Below the pieces are notes generated by a model. The model was not told the DNA's origin, searched no databases, and was given only the letters and a program-made list of their open reading frames with translations. A DNA stretch of 62,623 nt, the filler included, from Diploschistes diacapsis (Eukaryota): assembly GCA_023645945.1 (NCBI GenBank). It is 14 parts of 14 records of this genome, joined end to end, with 100 filler letters (N's around TTAATTAATTAA, not from the genome) between each part and the next. Parts side by side here need not be neighbours in the genome. Positions count along the whole stretch, not along the records: positions 49,400 to 53,747 come from JALAIB010001722.1; positions 53,848 to 58,194 come from JALAIB010001723.1; positions 58,295 to 62,623 come from JALAIB010001724.1; 11 more parts are not named here. The stretch is one strand, 5' to 3'. Both the position numbers and the translations under genes were made by a program. This document shows positions 51,714 through 62,623 of the stretch, piece after piece (the first letter of the stretch is position 1; the number at the start of each line of letters is the position of its first letter).

Positions 51714-53747
51714 ATGCCGTCGGGTGCAGGCCTCTACCATGATGGATCAGACTACGAGTCCGACAACGAAGACGTGCGTAATGCGCTTAGTCCGACTGAC
51801 GGCTACTTCAATGAGCGACCATCGCAACCCCTCGATGTGCTCGTCCCAGATCCATCGCAGTCGGTTTCTGGAGCCAGCAAAGAGCAAGAAGCCCGAGAGG
51901 AACTAGAAGCCCACCGTGCCGAAACATCACAGGCACAAGCACAGGCCGCGCAAAACGCAAGGCAGCAACACGTAAGACAACCTTCGGTGCACTCGTCCTC
52001 GGCCTCTTCGTCTACAGGGCAACCCTTGGCTCTTCCTGCGCCATCTGCAACCGAGGTAACCCCTTTATTACCTGCAGCACCGCCTGCCTATTCACCACCC
52101 TCACCTGACAGTCCCTATCACGCACATGCTCGAAGCACCTCGCATGGTACTGGAGACAATTATAGCACAATGGGCCGACCAGAAGTCTTCTTTCCTGATC
52201 GGGATCCAGAGGATATGGGCGGCGCAGAACCGCTGCTGGGCGGAGAACGCCGTCGAGATGATTGGAGAGAGAGGTGGACACGACGGATACAAGAGAATCG
52301 GAACAACATCATAAAGCTCACCCTCCTCTTGCTCGCAGTCGTTGCTGGTGTAGGGTTCGTGGTGAATATCGCAACTGGATGGAAAAATCACCGCAGAGTA
52401 TGCCATCGGCCTAACGTGTTTGCCTTGTCAGACTGACAACATCATAGACTCCTGCCGAACCCATTCCTGTTATTCCCGACCCCGAAAAGGGAGCCTTCCC
52501 CTATAGCTGCCCGAGTGGTACCACAATTGACTTGGACTTCGCCTGGAACGGCATCGACTCATTTGAAATCCTACAGCTGGGATCCGACATGCCCGGCCGC
52601 ACAGACATCCCCATCTCCGTAGTCCAGAACTTTGGTGAGCTCCACATAAAACCCGCTTCGGTAGACGCCAAGAACGATGTCTATGTCACGCTCCACGCCG
52701 CGGCCAGCTCCGAAGGGGTGGCAAACAAAGTGTCCTTCGAATGTCCCGACAAAAAACTCGGTGTGTACACTCCGGGCTGGGTCCCTGGTTACAACGCCGG
52801 CAGCTTCCCGTATCCCTGCATCTTCATGAAGATCGAACTGTGGGTCAAACCCGCCGTGCGGCTCTCCTCGCTGTGGGTCCAAAGCCAAAATCTCAATATT
52901 CACATCCACCCGGACCTCGTTCTTAACACTCCGAAGCTCGCCGTAGTCACCATAGCCTCCCACATCCGCACCCACCCCGCCGCGAATGAAAGCTCCACGT
53001 CCTCGCTCGCTGGGCCCCGCGACATAACCATCATCACCGGCTCCGGCTCCATCGAAGGCGCCTTTCCCCTCTACGACTCCCTACATCTTGAGTCCCAATC
53101 CGGCTCCATCACCGCCGCTCTGACGCCCAAAGCCATCGACTACTCCCGACCGCGTCCCGCTAGCCTCGTCGTCACCACCGGGTCCGGCTCCACGAAGCTT
53201 TATACACCCCTCCTTTCCGGCCTCTCCAACAACGCCGACATCCCCCCTCGCGACTACCAAACGACGGTCAGCTCGCTCACCGGCTCCACAACTGCCTCCC
53301 TCCTGCATGGCTCGTCGACAACGATCAAGTCCCTCTCCGGCGGCGTCGAGGCCTCTCTCACGCCGTACGGCGACCCGCTGAGGGCGTCCCATCTCAAAGT
53401 CGAGACGGAGAGCGCCTCGATCGTCACCACGATCCACGGGTCCGCCAGCCACCCGGAGGCGGCGCTGAGGAGGCTGTATTCCAACTTCAGCTTCCAGACG
53501 GGCAGCTTGAAGGTCACCCACCCGAAGGAGTGGGAGGGCAGGGTCAGGGGGAGGATGCTGACGGGGACGCTGAGCGTGTATTGGCCGCTGCTGCAGGTTG
53601 TGAAGTGGGAGAAGGAGGGGGAGGGGAGGCGGACGGCCGAAGACGGCGGCGATGGTGCAATGATGGACAGCGAGCGGACGGTGGACGATGAAGGAGGAGG
53701 AGAAGATGGCGAGGAGGTGCTGAATTGGGGGTGGAAGAGATTCGAGG
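51714..53747 (+). CDS. Type II membrane protein with DUF4097/adhesin-like beta-repeat ectodomain; intron ~52398-52447; 3' truncated
   Basis: LSPTDGYF, APPAYS, one TM (LTLLLLAVVAGVGFVV), repeated xTGSGSI/SQSGSI motifs, HPKEWEGRV. Confidence 0.7.
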
Positions 53748-53847
53748 NNNNNNNNNNNNNNNNNNNNNNNNNNNNNNNNNNNNNNNNNNNNTTAATTAAT
53801 TAANNNNNNNNNNNNNNNNNNNNNNNNNNNNNNNNNNNNNNNNNNNN

Positions 53848-54310
53848 TGTGGCCCCCGCGCTCACCCTCCGCGTCCCCAAAAGCGTGCACACCTACCGCC
53901 TCAAGTCCCTGATCGGGCGCAAAATCTCCGTGCTGCCTTCGCACTTCCGACTTATCTGGGAGACGGGCGAGCTGGATCCCGTGAGCCGGGAGCTCACGGC
54001 GCTGGGCAGGCCCGGGGGTGGGAGGGAGATTTGGGAGGCGGAGAGCGATAGCGAGAGCGAGAGCGAAGAGAGCGGCGAGGGCAGTGATGAGGATGATGCT
54101 GGTGAGCAGAAGGAGCAGGAAGGTGGTGGAGGACCGAGGATACGTGGGGCAAAGGGGCGAGGAAAGAAAGGAAAGGGGGAGAAGGCGTTCGATCCGAGGA
54201 AATGGGTGAGGAGGGAGACGGAGCTTGTGGAGGGGACGAGGGCGCTGGGGTATTGGATCGAGGGAAGGGAGGCTATTGTGCGGGTTGAAGTTACGAAGGA
54301 GAGCATATAA
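53848..54310 (+). CDS. C-terminal ubiquitin-like domain of tubulin-folding cofactor E (TBCE/Pac2), 5' truncated
   Basis: VPKSVHTYRLKSLIGR..RLIWETGELDPV..WVRRETELVEGTRALGYWIEGREAIVRVE. Confidence 0.7.
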
Positions 54311-54714
54311 GATCCTCGGCGCGACCGCCACACCTGTCGCCCGTACTTTGGAAACTGAGCGTTCGTTATATCAGCTTTGGTTGCAGTTTGTCTTGTCTAA
54401 AGCTGCTTTTGCTCTTCTGGGTGCCTTTCTGTGGCAGGGCTATCCGTGTGGGCAGATTTATACGTTCCCATCCATCTCCTCATTGCTCGTCGGAGCTTCC
54501 AGTTCCCATGGTATATCATTGTGATCGTGCCGCCAATGAAGGCTGATCTTCTTGCTTTCGTCTAATCATGGTGATTTAATGGCCGTCACAATATGGATAT
54601 TTTCTTGAATGCGTGCTCAAATGCTCCACCATCCCCATGCAAATCTCTAGCCCGCTCAAATGCTCTTGACGACCCAACGCCATTCGTGCCAGTGCGCCCT
54701 TGCTAAATGCTGGA

Positions 54715-57119
54715 TCAGTAACGTTTGTAAGTGTAGCCAATGAACGGAATCGTCATCTCAGCCGCATGTTCCTCCGAGATCTGGTGCGCTTGCTGCTCCC
54801 ACATCGTAGAATTATCTGTCTGGTCGATGTCTTCGATCGGGAAGTAGGTGGTATCAACGTTCGAGCCGAGGATGGGTTGGAATGGCGCGTGCATGTCGCG
54901 GATCCTATTCCAATCCACACCACGAAAGTAGGCGTGATTCTTGATTTCTACTGCTCCATGCGCACCACCTGCATGCCCAAGACGGTTCTCGGCATCGCAG
55001 AGCAATCTAACTCAACATGAGCGCTGCAGATGAGGCATGAATGGTATTTACTTACTGTCTGATCAAGTCCATTGCTTGAGGTTCCAGCACGGGCCCGTCA
55101 TCAGGGAAGTAGAAGGTGTTTCGCCAATCTACAATCTTGCGATAGCTAAAAGGACTCAGCCGCGTGTCATGCGCATCAAAAGCAATACTAACGTATCATG
55201 GGGATCATCAGCGCAGAATGGAGGCCACCCAACGATTGACTCGTACATAATTGCGCCCAGAGACCACCAGTCACAGCTGAAGCTGTAGCCACGGCCGCTG
55301 AAAATTTCTGGGGCAATGTAGTCGGGCGTGCCAACGGTCGAGTAAGCCATCTGTCGACGAGACTTGCGCCAATTGTTGATCTGCGGCATGTTGCTAACAG
55401 TCAAGTTGATTTGGTCAAGGTTTACAGAGTGACGGTTATCGCGACGACTGGTATTTGATGTACCACGAAGAAGTTGCTGGTAGTAAGAACCTTCATGCTG
55501 TTTGTGGAAGCCAGTCGAGAGACCAAAGTCGGTAAGCTTTAGATGGCCGGTGATATCCAGAAGGATGTTATCAGGCTTTATATCTCTAATAGTATAAATC
55601 AGTATATAGCGTGTTTTGAGCAAACTAGAAACAATAGATAACCGGTAACTTGCCGATACCTTAAATTACAAGGCAACAAGTATATTCTGTAGATTCAGAT
55701 ATACATCAAGACAGGAATTCCAAAATACAGCTAATGTTCACCAATAGGAAGATACTGTAGCAACTAACAGGCATTGCAGGAAGGAAGCCTTTTGAGAGGT
55801 TGCTAAAACTGTAAAGGGGTATAGGGCACTTCTCACAGTAAAGAAAATGTGGAAAAGGTGGGTGGTTGGGAGAATGCGCTAGAAAACATACCTGTGAATG
55901 AAGCCTAGTTTATGGACCGCCTCGATCGCTAATAGGATTTCGGCCATGTAGAATCGTGCGATGTCACGAGAGAATGTTTCGTACTTTATCAACATCGTCA
56001 TCAGATCCCCTCCCGGCAAGAACTCCATGAGCATGTACAAGAAGGCCTTGTCCTGGAACGTATTGTACAGCTTTACCACCCAAGGACTGTCCGCCTCGGC
56101 CAGAATGTCTCGTTCTGCACGCACATGGGCGAGCTGGTCTTTTTTGAACATTTCTGCCTTAACAAGACATTTCAGAGCAAAGATCTTGCCATCTGTCTTA
56201 CGCTGCACAAGCTTGACTTCTCCAAATGCTCCTTTGCCAATGATCTTAACCGTAGCATACTGAAGTGGTGAGTCTACGGCGCGCAATCGACGCAAGTAAT
56301 CTGTCTCCTTCAGCCAGAGTTGACGTTGATATTCCTTCTTTTGTTGGTCGGTAGCTTGAAGGTTCTTGCACAATGCTTCGTATTCTTGAGCGCTATTTCC
56401 AGAAGTCAATTCGTGTTCCTCTTGTTTATTCCTTGCATTACATACCGTACATTTCTTTCCTTGGCCCGAGTCACGTTGTCCCTGAAAAACTTCTCCACAT
56501 AGAGGTGCAAACCGACCACGCGCTTGTAGACATTACTGGAGTATTTGTTTGGATCTTGCTCAGGGGGCTTCACGTCTTCCACGAGAGTAGACTGGGAGCT
56601 GGCCGAGTTTGGACTCAGATGGTTCCCGTAGCCCTGCTGCTGCTGCGCGCTAGGACGGGAGCCAGCAGCCAGAGGAGAAGGCTGTCGACCATATGTGTTT
56701 TGTCGTGGTTGAGCTCCGAGATTCTGGGTGGAGAATTGGTGAGCCAGACCAGAATTGGGGTCATGAGCGTGAGCAGTGCGAGGCGAAAACGCTTGTGGTG
56801 AGGTAAGGTTTTGCTGGTAAGCCTGGCCACCAAAATGCTGGCCCTGCTGATTTTGAGCGTATGGGTTGCCTGCGAAGTACCCTTGCCCACCAGCATTGTA
56901 ACCGCTTTGAGTGGGGCTCTGCACTTGAGTATTGGGGAAATAGTCCTGCTGACCTGGGTGCACAGACTGGAAGACAGGCTGCGGGAACGTAGAAGGCGTC
57001 GTGGGATAGACGCGGTCATTGTTAGCAGGGTAAGTACGGTCACTTTCAAAGTTCGGGCTCGCATTATTTCCTTGAGTCCTCTGAAAGTTGAGAGTAGGAG
57101 GGAGATGGTTTGGATCCAT
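54715..57119 (-). CDS. cot-1: NDR-family kinase COT1/Cbk1; exons 57119-56446, 56392-55892, 55585-55193, 55145-55056, 55006-54715
   Basis: Gln-rich N-terminus; [58 protein letters not shown]. Confidence 0.94.
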
Positions 57120-57460
57120 GATTAAGGATAGATTAAGGGAGTCCAGCGTGTGAATGTTGCATGAACGCAAGGGCCGACCTTGAAACGAGTAAAGGGAACG
57201 GCGAAGACGAGAAAGAGGCAGGGGAAGTTGCTGCCCTCACAATTTCTCTATCCTAATGCAGAATGTTGAAGATGGAGATCAGGAAAAAATAAGTACTACA
57301 GTGGTAGTAACAAGTAGTAGTTAGCGGAACGACAAGGAGTATATTCACGCTATGCCCTACAAGGCAAGAGCAGGGGCTCTGGAGATAACTCGCTTTATGT
57401 CCGAGTTTGACTTTGTTCATCCAGCAAAGTGGATATACGTGCTGGTAAGACGTTTGGGGA

Positions 57461-58194
57461 CTATCCTACGTCTCTGTCTTCGTCCATGCCCTTGGCACCC
57501 AAGAGTGCTCGCTTTTCCTGTTCGTCGAGGCTATGAATAGCTTTGGCTCTGTTTGGTCTGTTACTAATTCCTGAGGGATCCGCCTCAAGCTCCTCCTTGC
57601 TCTTGAAACCTTGAAAGTATCTTCTTCGGAACAAATTCAGGTCATCCGCATTCGCACCGACCCCCTTTCCTAGTTCCAGTCCGGGGATTCCTTCTGTTAT
57701 GTGATCGGAAATTCCGTCAGTTGCATTTATGATTGCCGTATCCTCTTCATCCGTTTTCCGTTTTCTATATGTCAGCAAACGTCGTGACCACTTGCTGAAG
57801 GGTTGTACGCAGACGCTGGCAAGCTCCAAGCGTCGATGTACTGGAATCGCCAGCGTCTCGTCCTCATCATTTGCGGAGGGCATCCAGAAGGAGAGGCGGC
57901 CGTTTGGAACAAGAATTGCCGCTGCGAACGAGAGGATATCATCTAGTAAAAAGGTGAAGGAGTACGGTTTCCGAGGCGGGATATAGCTAGGGTGTCTGTA
58001 GTGATGTTAGCCAGCAAATAGGTTAGAGATTTAATAGGCTCACAAATGCGACGCCGTCCCGTCCTCCAAATACCTCACCTCTTCTCTCCTAGCCCCTTTT
58101 TTATTTCCCAATACTCTCAGTCCCTCCCTAACTCCATACGGCGGATCACAGACAATCCCATCAAGCCACTCCCCCCTCCCACCACCTCCTACAC
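57461..58194 (-). CDS. TRM11: tRNA (guanine-10-N2) methyltransferase, C-terminal part
   Basis: DGIVCDPPYGVREGLRVLG, YIPPRKPYSF..LDDILSFA, CVQPFSKWSRRLLTYRK. Confidence 0.88.
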
Positions 58195-58299
58195 NNNNNN
58201 NNNNNNNNNNNNNNNNNNNNNNNNNNNNNNNNNNNNNNTTAATTAATTAANNNNNNNNNNNNNNNNNNNNNNNNNNNNNNNNNNNNNNNNNNNNCTAAA

Positions 58300-58365
58300 A
58301 CACGGATACTGATACTGTCAGTGTCCGTGTTACTGACACGGCCGTGTCAGTGTCAGTGACGGCTA
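58300..58365. repeat. Palindrome-rich transposon-terminus-like sequence (hAT-like end)
   Basis: Perfect 20-bp palindrome ACTGACACGGCCGTGTCAGT (58332-58351), a second hairpin at 58300-58330, minus strand begins TAG. Confidence 0.45.
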
Positions 58366-59004
58366 GCCTAATTTATAACACTAAAACGTTCTAATCAAAA
58401 CTAATAAACTATAAAAATAAAAAAAGAATAAACTAACTAATCCTATCAAAGATAAATAGACTAGAACGGTGCATCTACAAGAAAGGAACTAATCAAAAGG
58501 AGTGCTTTATAAATATAAAAAGCAACTAATAAGCGAGTCGCTCATATGCTAGTAGGGGAAGATGTGGTTTCACTACGGAGTTAAGCCCTAAGTCCGAAAA
58601 GACTTGGCAGAATACCTTTTATTTGTAAATCTGTAACTAGGCAATTTAAAGACACCATGCAATCGAATCACAATATCATATCAGTCCTGGAATGGTCGAG
58701 AAGCACAACATCCTCCCAATGGTAAAATATGCCAGTGACGTTTTTTCGATTGGCTCTGTTTTTGGCCTCGAGGTGGGGAAACGGTGATCAGCGCAGCCTC
58801 TGCCTTGCTTACCCAATTACCACGGAAATTAGATCTCCCATCTACAAAGTTACTACTTAAGCTTGCCGCAGTCTTGTCAGCTCTGTTGTCTTTCCTGGCG
58901 CAAAGCCCTCCGACGGAAACCCCAGCACCGTGTACTCGATTCCAGCTCTTGTTTACTCGAAAACCAACCTGCAGGCCTCTTTTGCCCTCCCTAGCCCGAC
59001 CAAA

Positions 59005-59242
59005 ATGAGTCGACTGCCAGCCGTTTTGTGCCTCTTGTTCGCTATCACAATGGTGGCCAGCGTCCCTATCGATATTACTAAAAGTAAGTAGGTTCCTCGT
59101 ACAAGGTCCAAAGCTTCCTCATATCAATCCCGCATTAGAGCCTATAGCGGAGGGGTTCGTGAGAAGCCCTCTGAGTGATTGGGATACGCCTCTTCCAGAT
59201 GATGAAATGGGGGGGAACTTGGTTCCTACTCAGGGGCTATAG
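59005..59242 (+). CDS. 60-aa secreted peptide, candidate RiPP precursor; exons 59005-59083 and 59139-59242
   Basis: CAAAATG context, GTAAGT...TAG 55-nt intron; product MSRLPAVLCLLFAITMVASVPIDITKKPIAEGFVRSPLSDWDTPLPDDEMGGNLVPTQGL*. Confidence 0.65.
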
Positions 59243-59431
59243 AGAAGCTACAGAGAATGAAGTTGGGCAGGGCGTGGGCCGGAGAAGGATGAATCGAATA
59301 ATCAGCCTTTGCGCTCTCGTGGCTCTATTTGATCCACATGCAATTTGGTTTGGTGTCTACCGTTCGTTTCAAAACTTGAATCATGTGTAATAGCCTTCCT
59401 TTCCCCTACACTTAAGCGGGGAAAGATATCT

Positions 59432-60392
59432 TCATTCCGTAACTTGGGTTTGCGATACCTCGACGTATGGCGAGCCACTGGGACAGAACCTATAGCGATC
59501 GAGCTCGCTCTCAACGCCCTCAACATATCGCCAGCAAGCGGTATGCTCCCTCGCCCAAGCCTCCAATTGTCCCCAGTCTCGGCACATTCTGACCTGGCCC
59601 AGCCCACTGGCTTGGTCGGGCTGGTAGCCGGTGTACATGGGCACATCGCTGGCGTCGCACATAATCTCGTCCCGGAGAACATTGAGGCAATGAAGCACAT
59701 GGTGCCACGGCTGCCCTTGCTCCTTGTTCGAGTGATATGCGATCAGGGACCCGTGCAGCACTTTCTGCAGGACTGGTTAGCCTAGCCTCTACCAACATAT
59801 TCATGTCAATGTCCATGGGAGATAGGCAGAGAAGGCGAGGCCATCGACCGCGGAGCAACCTACGACGCAGTGAAGATTGTGGTAGGCGTTTATGAGATAG
59901 ATCCCTTTCGAGTTGTCCCACGGGAACCGCTGCGCGCGCGGCAGTCCCAACTCTCGTGCGTAAGTATCGTCAAGGGCAACGAACCCAAGGTCGAAGTTGG
60001 TCGAGTTTTCCCAGATGTAACTTTGCGCGGCATCATTTTCGACATCTATTGGCAACCAGGGTCTCGGAACGGATCTTGTTAGGCCCACTAGGATACCTTA
60101 TTAGATGCTCGGCTTCAGTAGCCCTGGAAAGGATCGAGGGAGTCGTACCATATTCGGATGTATCTGGATGTTGCGGAGCTTCCACACCCTCGAGATTGGC
60201 AGAACTACCCAAGCCTGTGCTACGTCTATAGAGCAGGAGTAGAACAGCAAGGTTCAATGCTAACGAAAAGAAAAGCGAAACCCTTTCGACGCGATTGCGA
60301 AAAGCTCGTCCGAGACTCTCCAGCTTTTCATCTTGAGAGTTGCTTCGAGACCCTGGTATACAATGTTTATGTTGATGTAAATGCTTATCCAT
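59432..60392 (-). CDS. DUF3328/UstYa-family oxidase (~266 aa); exons 60392-60149, 60087-59864, 59764-59432
   Basis: N-terminal TM; two HxxHC motifs (AYHNLHCV, WHHVLHCLNVLRDEIMCDAS); CRDWGQLEAWA. Confidence 0.92.
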
Positions 60393-61485
60393 TCTTTAGG
60401 CATATGAAAGGCAAGGAAAGTAACCATCAAAACAACGCGTGGAACAAGGAGCACTAAGAAGAAAAAATGCTCGGGGAGATATCCGCCCGTTTACCTTATC
60501 GACCAGTAGGCTAATGACGTCTGATCAAGGACTTTCCATCGAGATAAGCTGGAAAACCCTCATGCCTCTCACTGATCGTATAAAGTAGATGACATGTCCT
60601 GCATGGTGGCTCAGACGAACAAGGATACCCTCCTTTATTCGTTCAGTAGGCGCATCTACTAATGCTCAATACCCTGCCAGATTTCATAATGCATTTTGGC
60701 GATTGACGCTATACGACCGGCTGAGCATCATATGCAGCGCACTTGCTCAAAGTACAGTCACGGGTGTGATATAGAGTGGATATATATAAGCGACACCACA
60801 ACGGGTTACCTTTCCAAACTCAGGTTGCTTCTAAAAGGTAAGGCTTTCCCCGGCTTAGAGCCAGGGATGACAAGGGCCTGGACCACTGCTGCGAGGCTCG
60901 GCCACAGGGCATGGTACGTCATGGAGTCAATCAATCAATTCTAGTACTGAGAACTTGTTGTCTAATAATACCACAATGATTCAAGTGATCAGCTACTATT
61001 CACGTATGAATCCAAAGGCCTTGTAACGCTCCAACACCCCTCTTCTTCTTCTTGTCCTTGAGAAACTCCCGATCACGCCTCGTGGGTGTCTCCCGGGGAT
61101 TGCGAGTAGACCTTTGGTTGAAGATTTCGTCTGAATGTAGTTAGAGCTTAATAATTTGTTGTATAATACATTTTATGCATAACACGTGTTGATACAGTGC
61201 TCGGTGTTAATGTATCCTACTTATGGCATTGGAAAACCAAAGATTTATACTATGTACGGAATCAACATTGGAATTAAGCTTATGTGAATTGATTTAACAG
61301 TTTCTCCCTACACCAGATCTGCGCAAAGCTAAAAAGAGAGTCACTATTTTTTTTATTTAAGATATGGGTTTCTGATTTCCTTTACATTAATATGGTTGAA
61401 AACTCAAAAGAACATAGATTCATTATCGAACACAGTTAAACTGAAATATAGTGTCTATAAGGTAGGGGGCTGTCGATATAATTTA

Positions 61486-62112
61486 GGCCCTGTTTGGCGC
61501 CACGTAGAGCTGCTCTACGGTAGAGCGAATCTACGTAGATGACGGCCGTCATCTACGTAGAGGTAGCTCTACGTAACGCGTTTGACAGCTAATCCTATCA
61601 CGCTGGCGTTTACTATCCGCGGCCTAATAATCCAACCTCGGTCTAGTAGTTTAACCTCGGCCGAGTCTTTCAGTCTTTTTAACTTTCTCTACGTATACGT
61701 GATAATATCTTTACGATGCCCCTCGCAGGCGTAATATTTATTATAATATTGAGTTACGTATAATTACGCAGCATCAGCGAATAAAACGACGATTATTCTA
61801 CCCTTATTTTCGTAATATCTGGATTAAAAATCGTCCATTTTAGCCAGATAAGAAGGAGAAATAAGTAGCGGAGGTGGCGGCGATAGGGTTTCTATTCATT
61901 TTAAATCAATTCGTAGAGTATTATAAGAGTTCTCGAGCTCTTACAACATTTTACGATAATTTTGGTGGTCGTAAAACGCGTAAACGTTCTACGACGTTTA
62001 TATAGACGCTTTACGAAAAAAAACGTTTGATAAGAGCGTAGAGTGTCATGTAACCTCGTACAAGCTACGTAGAGGCTCTACACATGCTCTACGCTGACCA
62101 CCAAACAGGGCC
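61486..62112. mobile_element. PIF/Harbinger (Tourist-like) non-autonomous element, 627 bp, RIP-mutated
   Basis: Perfect 12-bp TIR GGCCCTGTTTGG/CCAAACAGGGCC, TTA/TAA flanks, subterminal CTACGTAG and GCTCTAC repeats. Confidence 0.7.
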
Positions 62113-62623
62113 TAATTATAATTGCGTTAAGATAATATTAATTTATCATTATTAGGATGTTCTTTTTAGCGATCTTGTTTCGTGATCTATAATTTCAAGC
62201 GAAGTAACTTATTTTATTATATTTAAAGCACTTCTTTCCTTTTATTGAAGGTCCCCCGTTAGGTCTTTTAGCACCTTTCTTCTGATTGGGCCGGGGTTTA
62301 TTAATGAAGGTATCGAGATCTCTGACGTCGTTATCTATATGTCTTGTATTTTATATGTTTTTTATATAATTAGTACGGTAACGAAGTCTTAGTTCAGTAG
62401 TCTTATTTCGATTAAAACGACGTTTCTATTTTCAATTAAATAATCGATCGTTTATAATTATTATTCTGGCTTAAAAGGTCGATAAACTTCGAAACTAATT
62501 TTAATTACGTATAAATTCATTTTTAATTAAATCTTTAAATTTATGTTTATATATTTCTATTAAAGCTTCCTTATCTTATTTAATTAATCTAACGTATTTC
62601 TAAAATTTCGCCGTGTATTTTAA
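62113..62623. mobile_element. AT-rich RIP-degraded repeat of unassigned family
   Basis: TpA-rich, CpA-poor, CpG retained; no ORF. Confidence 0.45.

Noticed and set aside
4434..58294. Regularly spaced TTAATTAATTAA repeat suggesting an array or CRISPR-like periodicity
   Set aside because: Embedded in N runs; a standard six-frame-stop assembly spacer

Overview
Filamentous ascomycete (Pezizomycotina-type) nuclear DNA, and not a contiguous locus. It is 14 unrelated ~4.3-4.4 kb contigs in decreasing length order, joined by 13 artificial 100-bp linkers (N44-TTAATTAATTAA-N44), so gene neighbourhood is meaningful only within a contig. Intron-containing genes were reconstructed by hand from GT-AG sites and family motifs: TCTP, SUR2, SCY1, a Ras-like/RasGEF fusion, a fasciclin, Mpv17/PMP22, a NACHT-C2H2 NLR-like protein, JAC1, DSC3, an SPX protein, VPS29, JLP2/CCDC25, CDK8/SSN3, NMNAT, Ohr, TBCE, COT1/CBK1, TRM11 and a DUF3328/UstYa oxidase. 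There is also a methionine-synthase-like pseudogene and many RIP-mutated transposon relics (pogo/Fot1, copia, Tc1/mariner MITE, PIF/Tourist-like). Four observations stand out. (1) A spliced 60-aa secreted peptide gene, absent from the ORF track, converges on the DUF3328 oxidase and is a candidate non-repetitive dikaritin-type RiPP precursor. (2) JLP2/CCDC25 requires a single-nucleotide exon. (3) A ~240-nt structured Pol III-type transcription unit has a tRNA-like head. (4) Two diverged RIP-killed copies of an unrecognised element family begin with a ~58-bp hairpin. No database searches were run; family calls rest on recognised motifs.
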